NCBI GenBank assembly: GCA_965199755.1
Contig: CBDASZ010000002.1
Coordinates: forward strand, 128,001-192,000
DNA length: 64,000 nucleotides
Direction of reading: 5' to 3'
From: an uncultured candidatus Porisulfidus sp.
GTDB taxonomy: Bacteria; Pseudomonadota; Gammaproteobacteria; Poriferisulfidales; Poriferisulfidaceae
Below are positions 29,698 to 38,843 of this stretch, piece after piece. The position numbers and the translations under genes are program-made. Position 1 is the stretch's first letter; each line of letters starts with the position of its first letter. Under the pieces are notes generated by a model, which worked only from the letters and a program-made list of their open reading frames with translations, made no database searches and was not told the origin of the DNA.

Positions 29698-29773
29698 TGG
29701 TGGGCCATCAGGGACTCGAACCCCGAACCTGCTGATTAAGAGTCAGTTGCTCTACCAATTGAGCTAATGGCCC
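29698..29773 (-). tRNA. tRNA-Lys(CTT)
   Basis: GGGCCATTAGCTCAATTGGTAGAGC..CT-CTT-AA..GGTTCGAGTCC..TGGCCCACCA, 76 nt with CCA. Confidence 0.96.
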
Positions 29774-29801
29774 GACGCTTCCGGCTGAGTAGTGCGGCAA
29801 G

Positions 29802-29878
29802 TGGGGTGAGTGACGGGATTTGAACCCGCGACCTCAGGAGCCACAATCCTGTGCTCTACCAACTGAGCTACACCCACC
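29802..29878 (-). tRNA. tRNA-His(GTG)
   Basis: G-1 start GGTGGGTGTAGCTCAGTTGGTAGAGC, loop TT-GTG-GC, GGTTCAAATCC, CCA end. Confidence 0.96.
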
Positions 29879-29889
29879 ACAATCGGAAT

Positions 29890-29966
29890 TGGCACGCCCG
29901 GCAGGATTCGAACCTGCGACCTCCGGTTTAGAAGACCGATGCTCTGATCCACTGAGCTACGGGCGC
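29890..29966 (-). tRNA. tRNA-Arg(TCT)
   Basis: GCGCCCGTAGCTCAGTGGATCAGAGC, loop CT-TCT-AA, GGTTCGAATCC, CCA end. Confidence 0.96.
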
Positions 29967-29996
29967 CCATTTTACCGCCTATGACGCACAAATCCG

Positions 29997-30073
<77 letters not shown>

Positions 30074-30120
30074 GCGCAGGCTAGTTTAGCAAAGGCGCAT
30101 TTGTTTCTGATATTAAGAAA

Positions 30121-31881
30121 CTACTGCGGGCAAAGTTCTGTCTTTATAATTTCGAGAAATATTTCAGCACGGCGCTTGAGAAATGCCTCATAGTTCCCTT
30201 CCTTCCCTGTTTTTACATTCAGTTCATCAAACGGCACACGATGGGAGGCAAGCAACTTTTTCATATCTGCCTCATTACGGTTTCTATTTAAACGTTCTCG
30301 GAGGTATTGAATAGGAGGCTTTGCTTGTAATTTATTATTGGTTACAGAGCTAATCAAGGCATAATTCAAAGCATGGTTAACCACTTCCTTTTTCCTACCT
30401 TCATCTTCCAAAAGCGCTTTAGGAAACAGATGATGGTATTGCCTATCTCTGATGTTTCCTGCGGTAATTGATTCCTCAGAAGCCAAGTCTTCTGCTCCAT
30501 TTTGGAGGCTAATACACAATAAGGCACGCGCCAACCTGTTCTTTGTGGTGGGAGAAGAAAGAGGATCACTTACTGATGCTAATTCACCTAGTTTCGGGAG
30601 CGAAAATTCTTTTCCACGAAAGATAGGGATATCGCTCTCCTTAACGTTCTTATCCATTGGACCTTCCAAGTAACCTTTAAGCCCTCTATAATCCTCCCAA
30701 AGCCTACTGTTAGCAGTTCTTTCGTACCTGTCCGTTAGAAAAGCATGCCAAAGATATTGCTTTATAGCCTTCCGAAATGCCCCTCTATGATCAGTGTCAT
30801 TTGGCAATAGTTCATGTAAAGCCACTAGCGCCTGAAAAGGCACAAGACTAGGCAAACGTTTTTCATCATATATTTTCTCATTTTCAAGTTGTTCAATAGC
30901 CCAATCCATTCCCGCGACAATTCCTTTCCAAGCATCTGCGTCTGCAATTAGTCCAGTAACATTTCGGTCTGTATAGTTAGAGTCAGTTGGTAATTTATCT
31001 GATCTGAGACAAGCCACTTTAAGCACAAATTCTCCGATTTTCTGGATTCGCTTATCCGTATCATCTCCAAAGAAACGAACCTGTCGCTCTTTTCCGATCT
31101 CAATATTTTCTATCCGGTCGCGAAGCACCTCCCCTGTCCCTTTCTCAATTTCTGCTACTGCAATATCGAATCTGGATATCTTTGCAGAGGACTCATTGGT
31201 CTTAATGAAAACTTCGATCGCTTCATCACGTTCAGTCTCTTTTGGTAGACAATAGTATGAAATGTCCCGATGTCTTAATTGCTCGGACAACTTACTAATC
31301 TTTCTTTCTAATGCACGACTTTCACTCGCAGCATCCTGACATACCTTGTCACACCACTCTCCGACCTTTTCGCCTCCCTCTGGTCCCAATATGCCAACAG
31401 GGAGCAAGTTTTCCTGCCATAACCTAAGAAAGTCAACTTTCTCGAACTTGGTTTTTTGCTTTTTAGTTACGACTTCCTCAACAGCAAAATCAGAAGCATC
31501 CTTGCTTTCAACTTTCAAAAAAAGCCGAAGAAAATAATCCTTCCCTTCATCTTGGTAGTCAATATTAAAGGCCCTCCATAAAGTTGTTAATCTCTGTTGC
31601 CCGTCCAAAATCAGTTGATCACAATCTTCTACACTAGGCTCTGGTGCATTACGTATTCCGTGACACTTGAAGATGGAGTTGTCTTTCTTTTGGTAGTCCA
31701 ACAACAGCAACGTACCCACCGGCTTTAAATTCAACAACGAACAAAGCAAATCTTCAGCCTGTTTATCCTTCCAAACGAGACCTCTTTGAAAACTAGGTAG
31801 CATGAGTTTTTTGTCTCGAATCCTTTGAAGCCATCCTTCCACTGAGCACCTCTCGGGAGCACCTGCACTTGAATCATTCAT
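30121..31881 (-). CDS. DUF262 + C-terminal HNH-like nuclease (GmrSD / SspE-like)
   Basis: LPSFQRGLVW, LILDGQQRLTTL, VFIKTN; C-terminal YHHLFPK..NHALNYALISSVTNNKLQAKPP. Confidence 0.88.
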   Translation of the reverse strand: MNDSSAGAPERCSVEGWLQRIRDKKLMLPSFQRGLVWKDKQAEDLLCSLLNLKPVGTLLLLDYQKKDNSIFKCHGIRNAPEPSVEDCDQLILDGQQRLTTLWRAFNIDYQDEGKDYFLRLFLKVESKDASDFAVEEVVTKKQKTKFEKVDFLRLWQENLLPVGILGPEGGEKVGEWCDKVCQDAASESRALERKISKLSEQLRHRDISYYCLPKETERDEAIEVFIKTNESSAKISRFDIAVAEIEKGTGEVLRDRIENIEIGKERQVRFFGDDTDKRIQKIGEFVLKVACLRSDKLPTDSNYTDRNVTGLIADADAWKGIVAGMDWAIEQLENEKIYDEKRLPSLVPFQALVALHELLPNDTDHRGAFRKAIKQYLWHAFLTDRYERTANSRLWEDYRGLKGYLEGPMDKNVKESDIPIFRGKEFSLPKLGELASVSDPLSSPTTKNRLARALLCISLQNGAEDLASEESITAGNIRDRQYHHLFPKALLEDEGRKKEVVNHALNYALISSVTNNKLQAKPPIQYLRERLNRNRNEADMKKLLASHRVPFDELNVKTGKEGNYEAFLKRRAEIFLEIIKTELCPQ

Positions 31882-33080
31882 AACGCAATACCTCCGCGTT
31901 GATTATTAACTTGGTATGAAACAGCACGACGCACCCCTTTTGTACCTTGAGCGATAATCTCCAATGCTGCTTCTATTTCGAATTCCGTAGTGAATCTGCC
32001 AATGCCAAAACGCAAAGAGGAATCCGCAGCAGACTCAGATAGCCCATATGCCAGCAAAATTCTGGATGGCTCTACTGTATCTGAGTGACAGGCCGAGCCG
32101 GAAGAAATCAAAAGGCCGTCGAAAGCATTGATCCACTCGTCACTTGATTTTCCTGGGAAGTACAAGTTCAAGATCCCAGGCACTCGGTGGTTCTTTTTAG
32201 AGCTTCCGTTTAATTGAGTTTCCGGGTATATCTCGAATATCCCCGTAGTAAATTTTTTTGCTAAATGTTCGATTCGGTGCATGTCATCTTCTAGTTCTCT
32301 CGCAATGATCTGACAAGTTTCGCCAAACCCAACACACAATGGCACAGGAAGTGTGCCTGAACGAAGTCCTAATTCCTGACCTCCACCGAAAACAACTGGC
32401 CTTATTGCGCGTTGGGCATTCTTCCCGATGTATAAAGAGCCTATTCCCTTAGGGCCGTAAGCTTTATGCGCCGAAAGGGTTATTAGATCCCCTCCAATGT
32501 CTTCTACATCAACCGGCAACTTTCCAAGTGATTGTGCACAGTCTGAATGGAATAGAACACCTCCCTGGTGGCAAAGCCTAGCGATTTCATTAACAGGCTG
32601 GACTACCCCGGTTTCATTATTGACGTGCATTACGGTGACCAGAAGTGTAGCCTCTGAAATATGCTCCTCAAGTAAGTTGATATCAACGTGCCCTGAAGAT
32701 TGGACTGGCAAAACTGTTACCTGTGTTCCTTCCACCCCCATGGCTCTGACAGTTTCCAAGACAGAACTGTGTTCGGTTTCCAATGTGATGATCTCGCGCC
32801 TGTTCGAAGGCGCTGCTCTCACTAGTCCCTGAATAGCTATGTTGTTTGCTTCTGTCGCGCCAGATGTGAAAATTACGGCGCGGGGGTCTGCATTAATCGC
32901 CTGCGCGATTTGGGATCGAGCCGTATTGACAGCCTTCTCCGCTCTTATACCAGCCAAGTGGTTATTTGAATGAGGATTAGCATAGATTTCTGTGAAATAC
33001 GGAGCCATAGCCTCGTACACACGCGGGTCCACTGGCGTAGAAGCAGGATAATCCAGATATATTGAGTTTGAGGAAAACAC
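31878..33080 (-). CDS. Cysteine desulfurase, IscS/DndA type
   Basis: IYLDYPASTP, ANPHS, FTSGATEANN, NNETG, SAHK (PLP Lys), GLRSGT, SSGSACHS (catalytic Cys). Start uncertain (GTG 33080 or 33101). Confidence 0.95.
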   Translation of the reverse strand: MFSSNSIYLDYPASTPVDPRVYEAMAPYFTEIYANPHSNNHLAGIRAEKAVNTARSQIAQAINADPRAVIFTSGATEANNIAIQGLVRAAPSNRREIITLETEHSSVLETVRAMGVEGTQVTVLPVQSSGHVDINLLEEHISEATLLVTVMHVNNETGVVQPVNEIARLCHQGGVLFHSDCAQSLGKLPVDVEDIGGDLITLSAHKAYGPKGIGSLYIGKNAQRAIRPVVFGGGQELGLRSGTLPVPLCVGFGETCQIIARELEDDMHRIEHLAKKFTTGIFEIYPETQLNGSSKKNHRVPGILNLYFPGKSSDEWINAFDGLLISSGSACHSDTVEPSRILLAYGLSESAADSSLRFGIGRFTTEFEIEAALEIIAQGTKGVRRAVSYQVNNQRGGIAL

Positions 33081-33084
33081 TGTT

Positions 33085-34437
33085 TCAGTCAGTACAATCA
33101 CAAGGCAGTAGAGCCTCTGCCGACGGGATGTCGTCGGGTTCAATATCTTTCAGTATGCGGTATGTCCTCTGGGCATCCACTCCCCAGAACCCAATAGTTA
33201 CAGTTTCTTCACTAGATTGCTTTTGATCGGTAGAGCGCTTAACTGGTCTCCGCTGGTAACGTTCTTCTAAATCAGCCCACCATTCGACATCTGATGGGGT
33301 ATTGGGAACACTGCGCAATGCTACCGGCAGGCTTGCATCTAAACGTTTTATTTCGCGCTGGATAACAGGGATAGCATTCTCGCCTTTCATAAAGCAGTAA
33401 ACACAATTTGATAAGTTGCTTTGGTCCGGGAGTTCCAACTGCCACGGCCGAGCACTCCAATAATCCATTACTGCATCTTTATCGACTTCCGCATCGGCTA
33501 GCGGGGTGTACACGATCTCGCCATCCGGCAGATTTGCATTTCCTCGTTCTTGCTTATTTATTCCCTTGCGGTTCCGCTGCTTAACTCTGGAAACTCTCAT
33601 AGGTTCATCAGCCCTCAAGCCAATAAGAGAAACATATTCGATCGCTCCTGACCCTGTCATCGGCGCGGTATCCCCAAGACTCCGATCCGAAAACGCAGAT
33701 TTCATAATGTACCGCGCGCCAATCTCAGAAAAATCATCAAACTTCTGAGGCAAGCAGGCGGGAGGACACCGCCGAACATATTCTTTTTTACGCAAGAGTT
33801 CCTCATCTGCCATCATGCCGCGAGACTTCTTATGGCGAGCGATAACTTCTTCATCAGTTACTAAAGACTCTTGGCGATAGTGGCCTTTGTGAGTAGTAGT
33901 TTCTTTTGCTGCAAACCATTCGCAAAGAAAATTATTTGTTGTCGATAACTTCAGATTGGTAGTGCAAATTCTTGTGTGGCGACTTGGGAGAAACCCTGCT
34001 CTACTAACCATTTCTTCAAACACCTCCCCTTTATAGTGATAACCATCAGAGTTTTCTGGACTAAATGGTTCTTTGTTGACAAGACGAAATGAGTCATGCC
34101 TTGACCAGCCACCATGAGTAGCATCTTCGTATGAAGCGTATTCCAGCCAAAAAAAGGGAATTCCTGCCTGCTCTGTGTAGTCTGCACACTTTCGGACAAA
34201 ATCATACGTTGCAGGATGCTCAGCAGACGTGTTATTGAAAATTACAACATCTCCACGAATCGGATCGAAAACACCATGGTCGAGTAAGGCCATCAGCATC
34301 ATCCCGCTGGAACGTCCACCGGAAAATTTCACAACGTGCGGTAGTCCCTGATGTGATTTCGTTTCGTACTTGATACCCAAACCAGAATGGCTTTCCGCCT
34401 TTGGGGGTTGCGAAGCACTTGAAGAAGGCGATGACAT
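33085..34437 (-). CDS. PP-loop / PAPS-reductase-like (adenine nucleotide alpha-hydrolase) Cys-rich protein
   Basis: VVKFSGGRSSG, FNNTSAEHPATYDFV, WLEY, RICTTNLK, IGLRADE, YTPL, SNCVYCFMKG, terminal PCDCTD. Confidence 0.85.
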   Translation of the reverse strand: MSSPSSSASQPPKAESHSGLGIKYETKSHQGLPHVVKFSGGRSSGMMLMALLDHGVFDPIRGDVVIFNNTSAEHPATYDFVRKCADYTEQAGIPFFWLEYASYEDATHGGWSRHDSFRLVNKEPFSPENSDGYHYKGEVFEEMVSRAGFLPSRHTRICTTNLKLSTTNNFLCEWFAAKETTTHKGHYRQESLVTDEEVIARHKKSRGMMADEELLRKKEYVRRCPPACLPQKFDDFSEIGARYIMKSAFSDRSLGDTAPMTGSGAIEYVSLIGLRADEPMRVSRVKQRNRKGINKQERGNANLPDGEIVYTPLADAEVDKDAVMDYWSARPWQLELPDQSNLSNCVYCFMKGENAIPVIQREIKRLDASLPVALRSVPNTPSDVEWWADLEERYQRRPVKRSTDQKQSSEETVTIGFWGVDAQRTYRILKDIEPDDIPSAEALLPCDCTD

Positions 34438-35327
34438 TAGCTAGTTCCAGAAACAATCGGTACTATTTCACTTTTGATGATTTCCTTGACTTGCGGAGGG
34501 GAAAGTGCTCCCAGCGCCTGAGTCGCTGTATGTCGCCCTATCACATCAGCCAGAGTTCTGACTTTTTCTTTGGATCGTTCGTTTGATTCCGCCAGTTGAA
34601 TAATTAAAGCTGGGCGTATATTTTGGTCCCCGATTACAGTAAGGCGGCTCACCATTGACTCAATGAGCACTTCCCAGCGTGCTGATATCCGAAGTACTTC
34701 GGATAACTCTTGAGTGGTGAAAATACTGAAAATACGTTGTGCTTCAGTCGCGTAACGATGCCTCCACCAAGCTTTTGCCAATGGACAATCCAGGTATGTT
34801 GAGCGAGCACCCCTGTCTCTAATAATCCCTCCCAAACGTCTAAGGACATCACGAACACAACTCTCGATCTCTTTGGATCTTTTCTTGGACACACGCTCCT
34901 TATTTACAATCCTGTTAATGCGATCTCTGCCAGATTGTTTCTTTTTAGAAGTTGCTAAGAACGAACTTGAAATAAGTCCTTCCTCGATAAGTTCAACATG
35001 AATCCTCGCCCAAGCACCTGGCTGCGCCGCCATTGCCACAGGGAGATCTGCCCAGGTGCTGGCAATAACTTCCTCTGTAGACCATGGCAACTCCAAGTAT
35101 TCCGACTCCGACAGTTGGTAGGGTAAGACAGAGGGAGAGTTGCCCCTTGTCACCCCCCAAGAACGAACTATTGCACAGAATTCTTGCGAGTCTTCTGCAA
35201 CAATCTCAAGAAACTTAATTCGCTCTCTTTCCGAGCTTTGCAATTCCCTTTTGGACAGCAACACACCCTGAGCTTTCTCTAAACCTCTGTGCTCAATTGC
35301 TTGAATTTCACTAGACTGAATCAGCAT
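34437..35327 (-). CDS. Hypothetical helical protein, DUF6339-like
   Basis: LPVAMAAQPGAWARIH and ..DCPLAKAWW recall the DUF6339 motifs (A.D.RLW..L.H; RN..ARLWW). Recalled, unverified. TAATG coupling to the next gene. Confidence 0.5.
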   Translation of the reverse strand: MLIQSSEIQAIEHRGLEKAQGVLLSKRELQSSERERIKFLEIVAEDSQEFCAIVRSWGVTRGNSPSVLPYQLSESEYLELPWSTEEVIASTWADLPVAMAAQPGAWARIHVELIEEGLISSSFLATSKKKQSGRDRINRIVNKERVSKKRSKEIESCVRDVLRRLGGIIRDRGARSTYLDCPLAKAWWRHRYATEAQRIFSIFTTQELSEVLRISARWEVLIESMVSRLTVIGDQNIRPALIIQLAESNERSKEKVRTLADVIGRHTATQALGALSPPQVKEIIKSEIVPIVSGTS

Positions 35328-36168
35328 TGCTTACTCCACTGAATTTGAACGGTCTAAACCTAGCGGCAGCTACCTCTGCATGGAAATCTTCGTTGTCCCA
35401 AGTAGCAATACCTTCGTTTTCTAGCATCGTGTGTAACTCTCTCAAAACAGGAAACTCTTCCCAGAGGTTCCCTGAACCTTCTTTTGAACCGTATTCCCGC
35501 CGAAGGATTTCGAATCCCACTGTCAGCGCACTAGTCAAAATGCCGTTCCTATAATCTCCCTGTCCTTCAGGAGGGGTCACCAGAAAGGAATATAGTTCAG
35601 GGTGTGCAGTGACCTTAAAGTGGAATCCTTCGCTAGAACTTTCCTCTACTTTATATTCACCGGGCTTTAATTCTCCCTTTGGATCTTCAAGTAGCCTCAA
35701 CAGACTTTCAAAAGTAGACCTAAATGCCCAGAACTGGTCAATAGCAAGAATAGTTCCAGAGCGCAATTGAATTTCTCGACCGTCCCAAATGCTATGGACT
35801 CCGTGTCTCTCAGTTGACAACTTTATATTTTGGGGTTCTGCCAGCTCAACTACAACAATAGGACGAATATATACGGGAGGAACAACTTCCGCCGCATCCC
35901 AAGAGACCTTTTGAGTGCATGATATTTCGCCTCGAATCTCGCTTTTTTCTATATGCCGGAACGTTGCATACGGAGAAGAAACCTCGACCGCGAATACAGC
36001 CTTGGACTCTTTCAGTAACGATGCAACCAAGTTTTTCCCTTGAATTTCATGTCTTACATCCATGCTGTGTTTATCATCTCCCTGATCAACTGATATGCGG
36101 TATGTGCTGTTGGCATAGTCCATCCGTGATTCCTCCAAGAGAGGCAGTACTGTCGTGCTTAATGTCAT
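35311..36168 (-). CDS. Hypothetical protein (285 aa, beta-rich N-terminus), partner of the GHKL ATPase
   Basis: ATGA overlap with the ATPase C-terminal frame; 17 bp overlap with the next gene. Confidence 0.75.
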   Translation of the reverse strand: MTLSTTVLPLLEESRMDYANSTYRISVDQGDDKHSMDVRHEIQGKNLVASLLKESKAVFAVEVSSPYATFRHIEKSEIRGEISCTQKVSWDAAEVVPPVYIRPIVVVELAEPQNIKLSTERHGVHSIWDGREIQLRSGTILAIDQFWAFRSTFESLLRLLEDPKGELKPGEYKVEESSSEGFHFKVTAHPELYSFLVTPPEGQGDYRNGILTSALTVGFEILRREYGSKEGSGNLWEEFPVLRELHTMLENEGIATWDNEDFHAEVAAARFRPFKFSGVSNADSV

Positions 36169-38094
36169 TTGGAAGTCTCCTGTTTTGAGGTCGCACGCTT
36201 GATAACTTCGACTCGGACACTCCCATGACCAGGATGTTGGCATGGAACTTGTATATCCACCTCTTTACCCAAGTCTAATTTGCCCAGGTCAATAGATACG
36301 CGCTGACCATTCGCATCTTTGTGCACATTTTCGACGCGCTTCCCATCGAGAGTCGGGTCTCCGCAGATTTCCAAAAACTGATCTGCCGGCGGCGAATCAC
36401 AAGTTTTATCAGCACCACTTGCATGCACTAGTCGCAACTCTACGTTTCTGTTCTTTTCAAGAGGCTTAAGACGAATTTGCATGCCTCCATTTTCCCAAAC
36501 GGAAGCCTGTTGTACCTTCAAATGACTTCCATGGCGCTTTATAGGGCTTGGGTTTGGAGGATAAGGTCCTAGGCGCTCGCCACCAGGATAAACTTGCGGA
36601 TCAGGTTGGTTTTGGCGCTCTGGTCGGCCAACACTTCCTTTGGGAGACTTCGGGTTTTTCTCGCGCCCGCCGCCGGTAACTTCAACCGAGAAAAATCCCG
36701 GATCAATCTCACGAGCTTCTAACTCAGGAGCAAATTCGCGGAGTTGCGCGTGTATTTCTTGGAAAAGTTTGTCGAACTGCTCACGTTTTTTCGATGTTCC
36801 CTTTCGACCCAAACGCGAAAGGTCTAGATCTATGTGCCGAGGACCTTCGGCATCGCGGATTAAATTGCATGCCTCTCCTGCAAGATCAGGATCTAGCAGT
36901 ATAAGTGCATTGAAGGGTGCCGAGCGACCGAAATTTGCTGGCTGATTGAGATGAATGGCATTGGTGACCCACATCCCGTTTCTGTACAGTTGAAGATGGG
37001 TGCCCCCCCCCCCCCTCCATAAGTTCTGATGTGTACTGGCGGAAGGCCACAGGCACAGATCCAAATGAAGTTTCGATATTTATCCGATTGGCTTCATCTA
37101 GCGTAATTGCTGCGTCCCAAGCTTGTCTTCCACTTGGCCCAATTGAATGATTCTTCCTTCGAATACGCTCCTTATAGTTTTCGAGGATTTCCCGAAGCCT
37201 ATTCCGATCGATCACACTCTCTTCCCAAGAGGGTGCTTTAACATGAATGTTCATCTTCCCTGCATGAATAGCAGGAGCAAAATGAGTAGCCGAAACACGT
37301 TCAATTTCTCTCACTACTTCCTGATCATCATCATACCGGTTAAAGCGGTTGAAACCCAAGATCCCGACCACCGATCCGGTGCCATATTCCTCTTCGATCC
37401 AATCTAGTTTTTTGCTAATAATTTTAGGAACGTCTCCATCCCAATAGTACAGAAAACGGTCTATGAGATCTTCTTCAAGTTTCGCGACTAAAAAACCGTC
37501 TTTCCCATAGTTTTCCCCGTTCAGAGCATGTGTTGCGAGGATAGTTTGGCCTGCAGCAATTCGACGCTTCTTGCCATGTTGCTCGAACACACCTCCGTAC
37601 ACGATGTAGCGAAGATCTGATGCGGGGAATGTCGTCATATGTCCATTCCCATAAGACCCTGTCGATTTCTCATCAGACTTCGTGCTTGCCCCATCCGACA
37701 ACAAGCGATTCATATTATCGGGGCTCAGCCCAATTCCGTTATCCATGACCCAAAGTATTGATGATTTATCAGCGTCAAGGGTTTCCTGCATTGCATCCGT
37801 AATGCCTTTTGCTTGCTGCAAGGTTTTTGCCCTCCGCTGAGTCTCGATCGCGCCTTCAAAATGTTCTCTGTAGTTACTGATTACCGAGATAGACTTGGTC
37901 TTCATCTCTTCAATATGAAAATGAATGTGCGCGGTATCTGATCCCTTCTTTGCCTGAAGGAAAGCATCAAGACCGTTCTGAATCAATTCGCGAAGCAGTG
38001 TGTCAGGGTCAATATTGTTGACCATGGACAGACCTGTTGGCCGGAAGCCTTCCAGTGGCCCCGCTGGATGGAACTTTAAAGTCGGTTTAGCCAT
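36165..38094 (-). CDS. GHKL/MORC-type ATPase, frameshifted at a G13 tract (642 aa if G12)
   Basis: Bergerat motifs RELIQNGLDA, DNGIG, GSYGNG in ORF 36886-38094. Protein-like sequence continues after the tract in the 36165-37064 frame (GTHLQLYRNGMWV..). Confidence 0.8.
37003..37015 (-). repeat. G13 homopolymer (C13 on + strand) at the ATPase frameshift
   Basis: + strand gatgggtg-C13-tccat. Confidence 0.9.
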
Positions 38095-38112
38095 AAAACA
38101 GATTTTTCTTGA

Positions 38113-38653
38113 TTAAGGATTGGGTGCGAATGCTAGCATAGTCCAAAAGCGAGCGTGTGACAGTATTCCCCCATCATAGGTCCCACCTGTACCAAAACTA
38201 CCCAGTCCTGCCCAATCGCGACTTTTCCTCTCGATAATCTCAGCTAGTGCTTTCGCGTCCTTGATTAAGTCGGAAAATAATTTTTGGGCATCAGCGAATT
38301 TCTCGCAATAATCTTGATAGATCCGGTCCATCTCAAATAGGGGATCTACATAGGACAACCACTTCTGAACATCAGCCATCTCAAGCAGGCCATGCTTGCC
38401 AGTATAGCGAAGTATGTTTTTTATTATGGCTTGCTTGAAGAGGAGGACGACGATTTTCTTCGTGGTAATCAGGCTGACATTTCATCAGTATATGCCTGAC
38501 CTCTGTCAGCACCAAAAAGGAAGTCACAGCACAAACATTACGAGTCCCATCATGGTCAAGCTCATCCGGCTCGGCTTCCTCGCGCCTAGCTAAATTATAC
38601 TTAAGTTGCTCAATGTATATTTTCAAAAGTTCTATATGGTCGCTCATGCTCAT
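38113..38653 (-). pseudogene. Decayed HEPN (HI0074-like nucleotidyltransferase substrate-binding) gene, frameshifted
   Basis: Two ORFs join via a frameshift at about 38420-38450. The second frame extends upstream as IKNILRYTGKHGLLEMADVQKWLSYVD..IKDAKALAEIIE. The RNxxxH motif is absent. Confidence 0.6.
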
Positions 38654-38843
38654 GGTAGATCTCCCAAGTTATTCAGTAAATTATGGACGTATTACCCCTT
38701 TCTTCCCGTGCGTTATCAAATCACAAATTCACTCCATTTTATGTGATTTATAAGAGGGTTAAACACTGATTGGAGCCACATCGAGATTTTCTCGGAGTAG
38801 CTAATCCTCTTATATAATTACTTTTTGACTTTGGACATCTCTG

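Larger units (their letters stand above)
30121..38800 (-). mobile_element. AT-richer defence island between tRNA-Pro and purE (no integrase seen)
   Basis: Abrupt, visible drop in GC and change in codon usage. All genes co-oriented and defence-like. Boundaries approximate; no att repeats found. Confidence 0.7.

Noticed and set aside
31878-34437. Calling these genes housekeeping iscS and cysH, or a canonical dnd/ssp cluster
   Set aside because: No isc/suf or cys neighbours, foreign composition, and no recognisable DndB/D/E or SspB/C.
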